Source of the DNA: Pseudomonadota bacterium
GTDB taxonomy: Bacteria; Desulfobacterota; WTBG01; JAPLJA01
NCBI GenBank assembly: GCA_026388815.1
Contig: JAPLJA010000080.1
Coordinates: forward strand, 1,838-65,837
DNA: 64,000 nt
Reading direction: 5' to 3'
Shown: positions 27,889 to 37,228 of the stretch, one piece after another
How positions within the stretch are numbered: position 1 is the stretch's first letter
Layout of the letters: each line of letters opens with the position of its first letter
The notes under the pieces: model-generated
Told to the model about the DNA's origin: nothing
Seen by the model: the letters and a program-made list of their open reading frames with translations, nothing else
Databases searched by the model: none
Position numbers and translations under genes: made by a program

Positions 27889-28230
27889 TTATCCTGTAGC
27901 AGCAATCTTTCTGGTTTCCCTCTTCAGCCTCTTAATTCTCTCCCTGAGCTTTTTCAGGAGGGCTTTATCTTTTGCCTCTAACGCCTTATCTTTTTCCGTT
28001 TTCAATGCCCGGAGTTCCTGCTTTATCTTTTTTATACCCCTTTTTTCCCCTTTCTTCTTTTTCTTTCCCCCTTTCATCACAGGGATTGGTTCGCCCCGGG
28101 CGTTGCAGATTGCCGCTATCAATTCTTCCTTCTTCATGGCGTGAGCACCCTGGATGTCAGAATACTCCATGGCGATTTCCCGCAGCTTGGTGGCAGTAAG
28201 CCTGGTTAAATCCTTTTGTTCTGTCGTCAT
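27889..28230 (-). CDS. Lys-rich protein with Rho-N/SAP-like N-terminal domain
   Basis: LTATKLREIAMEYSDIQGAHAMKKEELIAAI resembles the Rho termination factor N-terminal motif. The rest is a KKKKKGEKR-type basic coiled coil. Confidence 0.55.
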   Translation of the reverse strand: MTTEQKDLTRLTATKLREIAMEYSDIQGAHAMKKEELIAAICNARGEPIPVMKGGKKKKKGEKRGIKKIKQELRALKTEKDKALEAKDKALLKKLRERIKRLKRETRKIAATG

Positions 28231-28287
28231 CCCTTTCCTCCTTCAATTGTTATTCAATGAGAAACTCGAAACCCGCAACCCGAAACA

Positions 28288-28433
28288 AATACGAACGCAT
28301 TTAGTATCTTAACACCACTCGCTGTCTTTGCGAGCCCGAAGGGCGTGGCAATCTCGTATTTCATAAGATTGCTTCGTCGTCCGCCACGGCGGACTCCTCG
28401 CAATGACAGCTTGTTTAATGCGTTCGTATTAAT
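28288..28433. repeat. MITE-like element, family A, copy 2 (inverted relative to copy 1)
   Basis: Perfect 14-bp terminal inverted repeats AATACGAACGCATT / AATGCGTTCGTATT. It abuts the priA stop codon. Confidence 0.65.
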
Positions 28434-28436
28434 TTT

Positions 28437-30719
28437 TTACATCATCTGCAGAGGATCCACGTCCACGCTCCATCTGATCCGCTTGCCAGTCGGTTGTAAG
28501 GCTTTCTCCTGGAGTAGTCTGCCCACCAGAGCATGGAGCGGTTTGAGCTTCTTGCCCTTGAGGAGCATCTGGTAACGATACCTGCCCTTCAGTTTTGCCC
28601 ATGGAGCCGGGGCCGGACCGAGGACCTCCACCTCCTGCTGATACCCCTCTTTTTCCAAGACCTCCCGAACGATCGTGCCGAAATGAGAGGCATAGTTTCT
28701 GAGGGCTTCTTCCTCTCTCCCTTCCAGGCGAAAGGCGACAAGCCGGGAAAAGGGCGGATAGTTCAGTTCCTGGCGGAACAGCAGTTCCTGCCTGTAAAAG
28801 CCCAGATAGTCATGGCTGCAGGCAGAGGCGATGCTGTAATGCTCCGGGTTGAAGGTCTGAATAATTACTTCGCCTTTTTTGTCCCCTCGCCCTGCCCTGC
28901 CGGCAACCTGGGTCAAGACCTGGAAGGCCCGTTCACTTGCCCGAAAGTCAGGAAGGGAGAGAGCGGTGTCTGCCAGGATGATGCCAACCAGGGTAATTTG
29001 AGGGAGATCATATCCCTTGGTGATCATCTGGGTTCCGACCAGGATGTCCTGTTTTCCCAGGGCAAAATCGTTCAGGATGTGATGATACGATAACTTCCCC
29101 TTTGTCGTGTCCCGGTCCATCCTGGCCACCTTCGCCCCGGGGAAAATCCGCTTCACCTCTTTTTCCACCCTCTCAGTTCCCCAACCGAGACTTTTCAGCC
29201 TCAGGCTGTTACACTGTGGACAGGTATCAGGGAGAGCGACCTGATGATTGCAGTAATGGCAGAAAAGCCCCCCCTTCTTCAGGTGCTGTACCAGAGCAAC
29301 GCTGCAGTGGGGACAGGCAAAGAGATAACCGCATTCAGGGCAGAGTACAGATGTGGCAAACCCCCTTCGATTCAAGAAAAGCACCACCTGTTCACCCTTC
29401 TTTAGCCTCTCTTCTATCCCTTCTTTGATCTCTGATGAGAACGGATCATCCCTCTCTACGGTCTTTTTTCTCAGGTCTACCACCTTCACGTGCGGGAGAG
29501 GCCGCTTCTGGACACGCTCGGGCAGGCTCAGGCCGGTGAGTTTTCCCGTCTGAGCATTGTAATAGGATTCCAGCGAAGGGGTGGCTGATCCCAGGATCAC
29601 CACTGCGTTGAAGATTCTTCCCTTGACCAGGGCTAAATCCCTCGCATGGTACCGGATGCCCTCTTCCTGTTTGTAAGAAGGATCATGTTCCTCATCAACG
29701 ATAATGATACCAAGATCCTTGATGGGGACAAAGAGTGCGGAACGGGCTCCCAGGACGATCCGGGCCTCTCCTTCCCGTATCCTCCGCAACTCATCATGCC
29801 TTTCCCCCTCGCTCAACCTGCTGTGGATGAGGGCAATCTTCCTGCCGAAGCGTGCACGGAAACGCTCCAGGGCGAACGAGGTGAGAGAGATTTCCGGAAC
29901 TAAAACAATGGCGCCCTTGTGGAGCTGTAATACTTCTTCGATTCCCTTGAGATAGATCTCTGTTTTGCCGCTTCCGGTAACCCCATGGAGGAGGTAGGGA
30001 TGAAATCCCCCCTTTCTGATCCCCTCCCGAATTTTTTTCCATGCCCTGGTCTGATCCAGGGTAAGAGAAGGTGGAAGGTCAAAAGAGGGATCATGATACG
30101 GGAGGTGCTCTCGATACCGTTCGAGGTAATAACTGCTGATGAGGCCTTTTTTCGTAAGACCCTTCAGGGCGCTCTCAATATCTTTACCCTGTTTTTTCAG
30201 AGCCCTGCAGGCAATGGCACCTTTTTCTTTGAGCAGGTTAAGGATCTCTGCCTGACGGGGCGCCCTCGTGAGAGTCTTTTCGTCAAACATGGCAAGACCT
30301 GCCCCATCAATCCTTATATACCGTTCCTTTTTAATGCGGGGCAATGAGCGTTGAGGGCCGTGCTCCTTTCTCCCTTGCCCTTCAAAGAGGGCAAGCCGTA
30401 AGGCGTTGCCAGGTTTAGCAAAATAATAGGTTGATATGAACTGCAGAAATTTAAGATCCTCCAGAGAGAAAAGGGGAGCTTCATCAACGATCTCGATGAT
30501 CTCTTTTAATCCCTCAACCGGACTTTCCGTGAGGAGATTTAAGACATAGCCGGTAACCCTGCGGTTGCCTATCGGGACTAAAACTCTCTTCCCTAAAGTT
30601 GCTTTCTGCTGGAGGGCTGGAGGAATTTGATAATGGAGGGTCTTGGGAAGAGGAAGATCAACCGCTACCTCTGCAATCCTTTTGTCTTGAGGAGTTTCAA
30701 AACAACTTCTCCCCTTCAA
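28437..30719 (-). CDS. priA: Primosomal protein N' (replication restart helicase)
   Basis: LLHGVTGSGKTEIY Walker A, DEEHD, and a Cys-rich zinc insert CPECGYLFACPHCS...CHYCNH...CPQCNS. Confidence 0.9.
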   Translation of the reverse strand: MKGRSCFETPQDKRIAEVAVDLPLPKTLHYQIPPALQQKATLGKRVLVPIGNRRVTGYVLNLLTESPVEGLKEIIEIVDEAPLFSLEDLKFLQFISTYYFAKPGNALRLALFEGQGRKEHGPQRSLPRIKKERYIRIDGAGLAMFDEKTLTRAPRQAEILNLLKEKGAIACRALKKQGKDIESALKGLTKKGLISSYYLERYREHLPYHDPSFDLPPSLTLDQTRAWKKIREGIRKGGFHPYLLHGVTGSGKTEIYLKGIEEVLQLHKGAIVLVPEISLTSFALERFRARFGRKIALIHSRLSEGERHDELRRIREGEARIVLGARSALFVPIKDLGIIIVDEEHDPSYKQEEGIRYHARDLALVKGRIFNAVVILGSATPSLESYYNAQTGKLTGLSLPERVQKRPLPHVKVVDLRKKTVERDDPFSSEIKEGIEERLKKGEQVVLFLNRRGFATSVLCPECGYLFACPHCSVALVQHLKKGGLFCHYCNHQVALPDTCPQCNSLRLKSLGWGTERVEKEVKRIFPGAKVARMDRDTTKGKLSYHHILNDFALGKQDILVGTQMITKGYDLPQITLVGIILADTALSLPDFRASERAFQVLTQVAGRAGRGDKKGEVIIQTFNPEHYSIASACSHDYLGFYRQELLFRQELNYPPFSRLVAFRLEGREEEALRNYASHFGTIVREVLEKEGYQQEVEVLGPAPAPWAKLKGRYRYQMLLKGKKLKPLHALVGRLLQEKALQPTGKRIRWSVDVDPLQMM

Positions 30720-31573
30720 CTGATCTCCTTCAAAAGCCTCCTCAGTCGGGGAGCCAGATCGGGATCTTTTAGGGCATACATAATGTTGGCCTGGAGAAAA
30801 CCAAATTTATCACCCGCATCATAGCGGTATCCCGGAAATTCAAAGGCGTATACCGGTGCCCGCTTGGCCAACTCTACGAGCCCGTCGGTGATCTGAATCT
30901 CTCCCCCCCGTCCCGGAGGAAGTTTTTCCAGGATAGGAAAGATCTCAGGAGGGAGGATATAGCGCCCGATGATGGCCAGATTGGAAGGGGCAGTTCCAGG
31001 AGGAGGTTTTTCCACCATGTTCTTAATCCGATACACCCGCTCTCCCACTTCCTTTGCATCAATTATCCCATAAAGGTGGGTATTTTCTTTCGCGACCTTC
31101 GTTACTGCAATCATCGCCCCCTGATGCTTTTCAAAGAGGTCTATCATTTGTTTGGTACAGGGGATTTCCTGGTCAATGAGGTCATCTGGAAGCAGCACTG
31201 CAAAGGGTTCATTACCAATCACTGGTCTGCCGCAGAGGATGGCGTGTCCCAGCCCCCGTGGTGCTTTTTGCCTCACGGAGATGATGTTGGCCATATGAGA
31301 AATCTTCCTTACCGTTTCCAGAACATCCTTTTTCCCCTGTTTGTCCAAGAGATCTTCCAATTCATAGGAGGTATCAAAATGATCTTTAATCGCACTCTTG
31401 CCTCTGCCGGTGATCAGGATGATGTCCCGGATGCCGGAGGCTACGATCTCTTCTACGATGTACTGGATGCTTGGCTTGTCCACGATGGGGAAGAGTTCTT
31501 TGGGGATCGCCTTGGAGGCAGGAAGGAACCTGGTTCCGAGTCCGGCAGCAGGTATGAGGGCTTTTGTTACCAT
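30716..31573 (-). CDS. galU: UTP--glucose-1-phosphate uridylyltransferase
   Basis: MVTKALIPAAGLGTRFLPASKAIPKELFPIVDKPSIQYIVEE. Start at the internal ATG with AAAGGAG upstream. Confidence 0.9.
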   Translation of the reverse strand: MVTKALIPAAGLGTRFLPASKAIPKELFPIVDKPSIQYIVEEIVASGIRDIILITGRGKSAIKDHFDTSYELEDLLDKQGKKDVLETVRKISHMANIISVRQKAPRGLGHAILCGRPVIGNEPFAVLLPDDLIDQEIPCTKQMIDLFEKHQGAMIAVTKVAKENTHLYGIIDAKEVGERVYRIKNMVEKPPPGTAPSNLAIIGRYILPPEIFPILEKLPPGRGGEIQITDGLVELAKRAPVYAFEFPGYRYDAGDKFGFLQANIMYALKDPDLAPRLRRLLKEIS

Positions 31574-31672
31574 GCGTAAGTCTCCTTTCACAAATTGCCA
31601 AAATCAAAATAACAAAAGGGCCCTTTTTGTTCAATACTAATTATTTGATTTGGCAAACCCGTTGATGGTTCA

Positions 31673-31900
31673 TTGCCAACAATTATCTGTTCGTTTAAAT
31701 CTGCCGTAACAAAAAATATAAATCAAATTCGCAATACCCCTGGTTTTCCGGTTTGGCAACGCAATTATTACGAACACATCATCCGCAGCGAAAAAGAATT
31801 GCAACAGATCAGGGAATACAGTATAAACAAACCAACCCAATGGGTGTTAGATGAAGAAAATCCGGAACGGGTAGAGGCAACGGTATCGGATATTGCGTAG
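31673..31900 (+). pseudogene. C-terminal remnant of a REP-associated tyrosine transposase (RayT / IS200-like)
   Basis: IICSFKSAVTKNINQIRNTPGFPVWQRNYYEHIIRSEKELQQIREYSINKPTQW matches the C-terminal third of RayT-type proteins. The N-terminal HUH and catalytic part is absent. Confidence 0.65.
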
Positions 31901-31920
31901 GGGCAGGGCTTGCCCTGCCC
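31897..31920. repeat. GTAG-REP hairpin (GTAGGGGCAGGGCTTGCCCTGCCC)
   Basis: GC-rich palindrome with a 5' GTAG, directly abutting the RayT remnant. Confidence 0.55.
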
Positions 31921-32025
31921 AGGATTAATGCGAAAACAATGAACGATGATCAGGGCGCAGCAAGCAGCGCCCATACCGGGGAATGGCAAGGCAATTCAAA
32001 AACATCACATAATAGGGGGTGGAAG

Positions 32026-33417
32026 ATGAAAAAGATTCTCTGTTTGACCGTGACTTTGATGGTTCTTATGACAGGCCTTGCCCACGCCGGCACCGTCAAT
32101 CTGCCTCGAACAGGCCAGACGAAATGCTATGACACATCCGGTAATAAGATTACCTGTGCAGGCACAGGCCAGGACGGAGACATTCAGGCTGGGGTGGCTT
32201 GGCCAGAGCCGAGGTTTACAGATAATGGCGATGGAAGAATGACAGATAACCTGACAGGACTTATGTGGACAAAAGATGCTAACTTGCCTGGAGGCACAAA
32301 GATATGGCAAGAGACTCTCGATTACTGTAACAATTTAACTTTAGGTGGGTACTCAGACTGGCGTCTCCCTAACATAAATGAACTGGAAAGCCTGGTCAAT
32401 GGCGCCGAATCCAATACCACCACCTGGCTGAATACCCAGGGCTTCACCAATGTGCAGGCCGACGGCTACTGGTCCTCTACGAGCTGCGCCGGCCTCCCGG
32501 ACCTCGCGTGGGTCGTCCATATGTGGTATGGCCTCGTGGTCACCAATGTGTGTTATTCCGGCGTGTGCTACGGCAGTAAGTCCGACGACTACTACGTTTG
32601 GCCGGTGCGTAGCGGACAGGTTGGGTCATTGGAGAATTCGGTAATTTCACTTCCCCAGACCGGCCAGACAAAGTGTTTTGGCACATATGGCAATGAGATT
32701 CCCTGTTCAGGCACAGGACAGGATGGTGAAATCCAGGCCGGAGTTGGCTGGCCCAACCCGAGGTTTACCGACCATGGAGATACCGTAACTGACAATCTAA
32801 CAGGGCTCATGTGGACAAAGAATGCCGGTCTGCCCGGTGTCCAAGAAACATGGCAACAGGCACTCAACTATGTGAAAGGAATGAATTCAGGCACCTATCA
32901 AAGCTATGGCTATACCGACTGGCGCCTGCCTAACCGGAAAGAACTGCACAGCTTAACTGACTACTCACAGCATGGTCCAGCACTGCCCTCATATCACCCT
33001 TTCCCCAATGCCAACAGAGACTGGTCTTCTACTACCTTCGCCTACGACCCGGGCTACGCGTGGATCGTCGATATGTGGGATGGCATCGTGTGCGATAGCA
33101 CTAAGTCCGTCAGCTTCTACTACGTTTGGCCTGTTCGTGGTGGACAGTCTGGGCCATTAGATCATTGGGTCATTTCCGGCGCCATCATGCATAGGGGGTC
33201 TGGCTTGCAGAATGTTACTATGACCTTAAGTGGGGATGCCTCAATGACCACATCAACAAGGGCAGATGGTACCTACTCCTTTACGGATCTCTCCAATGGC
33301 ACCTATGTCATAACCCCCAGCAAGAGTGGCTATAAGTTCTGGCCCAAAAGCAGATCTATTACAATAAACGATTCAGACGTGTCCGAACAAAACTTTAGGG
33401 GGATAAAAATGCGGTAA
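32026..33417 (+). CDS. Secreted protein with two DUF1566 (Lcl C-terminal-like) domains and a CarboxypepD_reg-like beta-sandwich
   Basis: Signal peptide MKKILCLTVTLMVLMTGLAHA. The block LPxTGQTKC..GTGQDG.IQAGV.WP.PRFTD...DNLTGLMWTK...DWRLPN..EL.SL...YWSSTS...YVWPVR.GQ occurs twice. Tail GTYSFTDLSNGTYVITPSKSGYKF. Confidence 0.8.
   Translation: MKKILCLTVTLMVLMTGLAHAGTVNLPRTGQTKCYDTSGNKITCAGTGQDGDIQAGVAWPEPRFTDNGDGRMTDNLTGLMWTKDANLPGGTKIWQETLDYCNNLTLGGYSDWRLPNINELESLVNGAESNTTTWLNTQGFTNVQADGYWSSTSCAGLPDLAWVVHMWYGLVVTNVCYSGVCYGSKSDDYYVWPVRSGQVGSLENSVISLPQTGQTKCFGTYGNEIPCSGTGQDGEIQAGVGWPNPRFTDHGDTVTDNLTGLMWTKNAGLPGVQETWQQALNYVKGMNSGTYQSYGYTDWRLPNRKELHSLTDYSQHGPALPSYHPFPNANRDWSSTTFAYDPGYAWIVDMWDGIVCDSTKSVSFYYVWPVRGGQSGPLDHWVISGAIMHRGSGLQNVTMTLSGDASMTTSTRADGTYSFTDLSNGTYVITPSKSGYKFWPKSRSITINDSDVSEQNFRGIKMR
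32448..32616 (+). other. DGR variable-region-like segment VR3 (remote, with a 24-nt insertion relative to the TR)
   Basis: Aligns to the TR coding strand, with most differences at TR adenines (AACAAT->GACGGC, AGCAACGCCAACAAC->AGCTGCGCCGGCCTC). There are also several non-A changes and a diverged 3' end. Confidence 0.55.
33007..33144 (+). other. DGR variable-region-like segment VR4 (remote)
   Basis: TGGTCTTCTAC..GCGTGGATCGTCGATATGTGGGATGGCATCGTG..TACGTTTGGCCTGTTCG aligns to the TR. Differences are mainly at TR adenines. The 3' end GTTCGTGGTGGA differs from the TR's GTTCGCGCGGGA. Confidence 0.55.
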
Positions 33418-33502
33418 TTCTGAGGTCCCCGTTATTTATGTTCAACGAACTGCCCTGATGATAAGATTCCGAGAGGCAGAGAAGGTTTTCTTCTCTGCCT
33501 TT

Positions 33503-33796
33503 TTACTTGAATTTCTTCAAATATTTTTCGCTATCCTTCTTATGAGTGATGGCCAGAATTACAATCTCTTTCCCAGCGATTCTGTAGTAAACCCTGAAAT
33601 CCCCGCTGCGCAACCGATAGAGAGGGGGAATGAAGCCGGTAAGTTTCTTTATTCGGGTCTTGCCCAAAGGGAAGGGTGACTGCTCTAAATAGGTCTTAAT
33701 ATCTCGAGCGAGCTGAAGGCTTTCATCAACTTCAAAGCGTTCTATCTCATGCTGGGCAGCAGGGGTGAAAATAATCTTAAATCTTTTTTCTCCCAC
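33503..33796 (-). CDS. RelE/ParE-family type II toxin
   Basis: ..LYRLRSGDFRVYYRIAGKEIVILAITHKKDSEK.. is the typical RelE/ParE C-terminal pattern. It overlaps the upstream antitoxin by 20 nt. Confidence 0.75.
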   Translation of the reverse strand: MGEKRFKIIFTPAAQHEIERFEVDESLQLARDIKTYLEQSPFPLGKTRIKKLTGFIPPLYRLRSGDFRVYYRIAGKEIVILAITHKKDSEKYLKKFK

Positions 33797-34052
33797 GGCG
33801 CTTTTCCAGTTTCCTGATCATATCATCGACATTGATACCACCACCGGCCTTATATTCCGCAAATGCCTCCGCGATTCTGGTCTTGAATGCGGGGTCATTC
33901 TCCATGAGGTAATCCGCAAGATCGTCCTCTGTGATATGGTGGAGTATTGCCGTGGGCTTGCCGTAGGCGGTTATGATGATATCCTCCTTTTCAGAATCTT
34001 TAAGGATATCCATGGTACTGTGTTTCAGTTCCTTGACACCTGCAAAGCGCAT
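33777..34052 (-). CDS. Type II antitoxin (Phd/YefM-like)
   Basis: MRFAGVKELKHSTMDILKDSEKEDIIITAYGKPTAIL.. Small size and position upstream of the toxin. Confidence 0.6.
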   Translation of the reverse strand: MRFAGVKELKHSTMDILKDSEKEDIIITAYGKPTAILHHITEDDLADYLMENDPAFKTRIAEAFAEYKAGGGINVDDMIRKLEKRRGRKKI

Positions 34053-34159
34053 CTGAGCCCCCTTAAAAGTTATACTATAGTGTAACTTTTGGGAGAGGAG
34101 CCGTCAAGGAAGAAATTTAAACGCCCATGTACAGTTACACTAAGACGTTGACCAACTAA

Positions 34160-34372
34160 CAGGCTGCTGAAAAACACCCATCTGCGTCGTTCCCCTCGTC
34201 CTTCGTCGCCTGCGCGCTGAAGCGCTTCGTCGCGCAAGCGTCGTTGCAGAGGTACAAAAAACGTTTGGTCGTTCTTACGATAGAATTTACCGCAGGAGCG
34301 GCCCAAGGTTTTATACTCCTCAGAATCTCGGGTGCCTTGTCCGCCACAGGCGGAGACATTTTTGATCAGCCT
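34160..34372. repeat. MITE-like element, family B, copy with a nested REP-unit insertion
   Basis: Starts CAGGCTGCTGAAAAACACCCATCTGCGTCG (compare 58424) and ends GACATTTTTGATCAGCCT. The interior carries AAACGTTTGGTCGTTCTTACGATA. Confidence 0.5.
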
Positions 34373-34463
34373 TACAAACAGTTGTTTTTTCAGCAAACTG
34401 CTAAACTTTTATGGAATTGTTCAGCCATAGGGGCTATGGTATAGTGGAAAACCAGAGGGTGAA

Positions 34464-35405
34464 ATGAAAAATTCCTTGAAGATCGTCTTCATGGGTACGT
34501 CGGCATTTGCTGTTCCATCGCTGAAGGCACTGATCGAGAGCGGTGAGCAAGTTGTGTGTGTGGTTACCCAGCCGGACAGGCCCAAAGGGAGAGGCAGAGA
34601 GATTCAACAGTCACCGGTAAAAGAGGTTGCGCTTGCTCGTCATCTTCCGCTCTTACAGCCGCAGTCTGTAAAGGATGCAGAGAGCATCGCATATCTCAGA
34701 AATTTTTCACCTGACCTCTTCGTGGTGGTTGCCTTCGGCCAGATCCTCTCCAGGCAGGTCTTGGATATTCCGCCCCATGGTGCAATCAATGTCCATGCCT
34801 CCCTCCTTCCCAGATACCGCGGCGCAGCGCCCATCAACTGGGCACTGATCAACGGAGAGGAGATGACAGGCGTTACTACCATGCTGCTCGATGAAGGCAT
34901 GGACACAGGACCGATCCTCTTTCAGAGACCGTTAGACATTGAGGCGGAGGAAAATGCCTCTTCTTTGCATGATAGACTTTCTGCTCTCGGTGCTGAACTC
35001 CTCATGGAGACAATAGACCGGCTGAAAAAAGAAGGGTTAAAACCCATTCCACAGGATAATACAAAGGCAAGCTATGCACCGCGATTGAAGAAAGAGGATG
35101 GCCTGATTGACTGGAAAAAAAGTGCTCAGGAGATACGCAATCTCATTCGAGGGTTGATCCCCTGGCCCTCTGCCTATACCCGCCTCGAAGGAAAAGCCTT
35201 GAAGATATTTGATTCTATGGTAATAGAGGAGGGGGTTAACGGAGAGGCAGGTGAGATCTCCGGGGTGAGCAAAGAAGGAATCGGGGTGATAACAGGCAAA
35301 GGGAGCCTGCTCATCCGCGATGTACAGCTCCAGGACAGAAAGAGGATGAAGGTTCCTGAGTTTATTCAGGGCTATCGGGTACAGACAGGAACTGTTTTAC
35401 AATGA
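34464..35405 (+). CDS. fmt: Methionyl-tRNA formyltransferase
   Basis: IVFMGTSAFAVPSLKAL...VVTQPDRPKGRGRE...INVHASLLPRYRGAAPI. Confidence 0.9.
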   Translation: MKNSLKIVFMGTSAFAVPSLKALIESGEQVVCVVTQPDRPKGRGREIQQSPVKEVALARHLPLLQPQSVKDAESIAYLRNFSPDLFVVVAFGQILSRQVLDIPPHGAINVHASLLPRYRGAAPINWALINGEEMTGVTTMLLDEGMDTGPILFQRPLDIEAEENASSLHDRLSALGAELLMETIDRLKKEGLKPIPQDNTKASYAPRLKKEDGLIDWKKSAQEIRNLIRGLIPWPSAYTRLEGKALKIFDSMVIEEGVNGEAGEISGVSKEGIGVITGKGSLLIRDVQLQDRKRMKVPEFIQGYRVQTGTVLQ

Positions 35406-35413
35406 GGTGAATC

Positions 35414-36073
35414 ATGAAGAGAATTGCGCCGTCTATTCTATCTGCGGATTTCAGCAAGCTGGGTGAAGAGGTGCGGGAAGTAGAGGCCTGCGGAGCTGAT
35501 CTCATCCACTGTGATGTGATGGATGGCCACTTCGTGCCTAACATCACCATAGGCCCGATGGTAATAAAGGCTTTAAGCAAGGTGACAAAACTTCCCCTTG
35601 ATGTCCACCTGATGATAGAAAAACCTGAGCGGTATATAAAAGAGTTCATCGAGGCAGGGAGCAATATGCTCACCATCCACGTTGAGGCAACCACCCATCT
35701 CCAGAGACACATTCAGCATATAAAAGAACGGGGGGTGAAAGCCGGTGTCTCCCTCAATCCCTCGACCCCTCTCGAGGCGCTGAACTATATCCTGGGCGAG
35801 GCAGATTTTGTTCTGATCATGACCGTAAACCCCGGATTCGGGGGACAGAAGTTCCTGAGATCCATGCTCCCCAAGATCAAACAGTTGAGGAAGATGATTA
35901 ACGAGAAAGGCCTGTCAGCAGAAATTGAGGTAGACGGCGGGATCGGGGTGGAGAATATCAAAGATGCTTCTCAGGCAGGCGCTGATATTTTCGTAGCAGG
36001 CAATGCGATTTTCGGGAGCGGTGATTACCGAAAGACGATAAAGGAGATGAGGAAAAAGATCGAAGATAGTTAA
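35414..36073 (+). CDS. rpe: Ribulose-phosphate 3-epimerase
   Basis: IAPSILSADFSKLGEEV...HCDVMDGHFVPNIT...MTVNPGFGGQKF. Confidence 0.9.
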   Translation: MKRIAPSILSADFSKLGEEVREVEACGADLIHCDVMDGHFVPNITIGPMVIKALSKVTKLPLDVHLMIEKPERYIKEFIEAGSNMLTIHVEATTHLQRHIQHIKERGVKAGVSLNPSTPLEALNYILGEADFVLIMTVNPGFGGQKFLRSMLPKIKQLRKMINEKGLSAEIEVDGGIGVENIKDASQAGADIFVAGNAIFGSGDYRKTIKEMRKKIEDS

Positions 36074-36153
36074 GAATACAGGAGCCAGAATCCAGAATTC
36101 AGAAGATCCGCCTCTGGCGGACTGACTCCTGTCTCCTGACTTCTGAATTCCTG
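36074..36153. repeat. Hairpin repeat family E ('GAATTCAGAAG...CTTCTGAATTC'), copy 1
   Basis: GAATACAGGAGCCAGAATCCAGAATTCAGAAG-ATCCGCCTCTGGCGGAC-..CTCCTGACTTCTGAATTCCTG. Lies between convergent rpe and mltG. Confidence 0.6.
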
Positions 36154-36163
36154 CTTAACTTAA

Positions 36164-37228
36164 CTATTTACTCTCCACCGTTTTAACACTTGACCCTTCG
36201 ACCCCGCCACCCACATTATTCGTTCCTGCCATCTTCAGCCGTTTCTGGTACTTCCCTACGGCCCGGTTGTGTTCCTGTAACGTAGTGGAGAAGCAGTGTG
36301 TTCCATCGTTGCGGGAGACAAAGTAGAGATAGCTCACCTGAGCAGGATACAAGACTGCCACAAGAGCTTCATTTCCTGGATTGGCAATGGGCGCAGGTGG
36401 AAGGCCTATAAAGCGGTAGGTATTGAAAAGCGTGTCCGAGTTCAAATGTTCTCTCGTCAAGTCACCATTGAAGTTGGTAAGGCCATAGATCACGGTTGGG
36501 TCACACTGCAACCTCATTTTTTTCTTCAGACGATTTTTAAAGACTGCGGCGATGAGCGGTTTCTCCCAGGATACCCCTGTTTCCTTTTCTACCATGGAGG
36601 CTAAGATTATTACCTCCTCTCTGGTAAACCCCAGCTCCTGCGCCCTCTTTTCATATTCTTCTCTATAGACCTGTTTGAAACGTTCAATCATAGCCTTCAG
36701 GATCTCCTCTGCACCTGCGCTCTTTCGAAACCGGTAGGTGTCAGGGAACAGGTATCCTTCAACGCTGGTGCCTTTAATCCCTGCGAACGAGAGAAAGGAA
36801 TTATCCCTTGCTTTATCCAGCAACATTTTTTCTTTAACCAGGCCTGCTTCTTGAACGAGTTTTGCTATCTGGAAGAGATTGTATCCTTCCGGTATCGTGA
36901 AGGTGTGAAACAGTTCATCTCCCTTAGCCAGTTTTGATAAAATCTCGTCAGGAAACATGGAATTTTTGAAGAGGTACTCTCCTGCCCGCATTTGTTTCGC
37001 CTTTCCCTGCACAATTGCCAGGAGAGAAAAACTCACCCGGTCCCGTATCACTCCCTCTCTCGTCAGGAGGTCAACAATCCCTAAGAAACCAGTACCCTTG
37101 GGAATATCCAGAACCTTTTCCGGCACTTGGAGGGGAGACGGCAGGGTTAACGTGAGCGCAGCAGAAATGGCGAAGAGGGTCAGGAATAGAATGAGTAAAG
37201 AAAGGAGTGCGCAAATGCTCTGTTTCAT
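36164..37228 (-). CDS. mltG: Endolytic murein transglycosylase MltG (YceG-like)
   Basis: N-terminal TM helix. IPEG.., ..ILASMVEKE.. and ..CDPTVIYG.. match the YceG pattern. Confidence 0.85.
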   Translation of the reverse strand: MKQSICALLSLLILFLTLFAISAALTLTLPSPLQVPEKVLDIPKGTGFLGIVDLLTREGVIRDRVSFSLLAIVQGKAKQMRAGEYLFKNSMFPDEILSKLAKGDELFHTFTIPEGYNLFQIAKLVQEAGLVKEKMLLDKARDNSFLSFAGIKGTSVEGYLFPDTYRFRKSAGAEEILKAMIERFKQVYREEYEKRAQELGFTREEVIILASMVEKETGVSWEKPLIAAVFKNRLKKKMRLQCDPTVIYGLTNFNGDLTREHLNSDTLFNTYRFIGLPPAPIANPGNEALVAVLYPAQVSYLYFVSRNDGTHCFSTTLQEHNRAVGKYQKRLKMAGTNNVGGGVEGSSVKTVESK

